DNA of 61,615 nucleotides from Gammaproteobacteria bacterium (GTDB lineage Bacteria; Pseudomonadota; Gammaproteobacteria; Tethybacterales; Persebacteraceae): NCBI GenBank assembly GCA_051009015.1, contig JBPCWZ010000010.1, positions 1 to 61,615 of the forward strand, read 5' to 3'; not shown here. More notes on it, generated by a model (position 1 is the first letter of the stretch). It saw only the letters and a program-made list of their open reading frames with translations, ran no database searches and was not told where the DNA came from.

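Larger units (their letters stand above)
13380..61615 (+). repeat. Coding tandem array of divergent ~95-105-aa (about 290-310-nt) Ig/cadherin-like modules; at least two alternating subfamilies
   Basis: Subfamily A has the pattern ...ATL..SGGY...GY.Y......L....TLTV.ADDDHP.TPPAT..L.V. The DDDHP-type motif recurs near 13826, 14418, 15861, 16440, 18452, 19028, 19620, 20877, 21478, 22050, 22608, 23168, 25528, 27034, 27654, 28193, 29350, 30977, 31533, 32106, 33733 and 37261. Subfamily B has the pattern ...L..F.A.GG..PY.Y......L.I....G.V.V......L.V...D.S.PP......I.V (He_PIG / dystroglycan-type cadherin-like). The array may begin as early as about 13100. Copies are divergent at DNA level, sharing only about 20-24-nt motifs such as gatgacgaccatccgcaaacgccg. 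Confidence 0.8.

Noticed and set aside
60803-61471. A 222-aa + strand ORF near the window end.
   Set aside because: It is out of frame with the giant ORF (its start is not divisible by 3). The translation is Pro/Arg/His-rich and is a by-product of the C/A-rich composition of the distal part.
13380-61615. Regular ~300/600-nt periodicity that could be mistaken for a CRISPR-like or satellite array.
   Set aside because: The period is in-frame coding, the units are diverged, and there is no short direct repeat with unique spacers. It is a protein-domain array.

Overview
GC-rich, proteobacterial-looking chromosomal segment. The first ~11 kb is ordinary core genome. It holds an edge-truncated lipoprotein gene, a class-I DAHP synthase (aroG-like), ogt, xerD, the heat-shock operon grpE-dnaK-dnaJ, tyrS and serC. 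These are separated by ATTCCC-N8-GGGAAT palindromic (dRS3/REP-like) repeats. From 11193 to the right-hand edge (61615) the + strand carries ONE uninterrupted reading frame of 50,423 nt (16,807 codons, no stop in the window). It is missing from the supplied ORF track because it never terminates. The many Arg/Gln/Pro-rich minus-strand ORFs listed over that region are its antisense shadows. The predicted product begins with a signal peptide and an intimin/invasin-type inverse-autotransporter (type Ve) beta-barrel. It continues as a very long, sequence-divergent tandem array of ~95-105-aa Ig/cadherin-like (He_PIG-like) modules, on the order of 150 or more if the period holds. The array is interrupted once by a Kelch/BNR-like beta-propeller. 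Three further features stand out. Strand composition and codon usage drift strongly along this single ORF. Slippage-prone poly-C/poly-G tracts are confined to its distal part. GrpE is about twice the normal length and carries three in-frame tandem-repeat families. I saw no rRNA, tRNA, CRISPR array or transposase. The domain calls rest on my memory of family motifs and have not been checked by any search.
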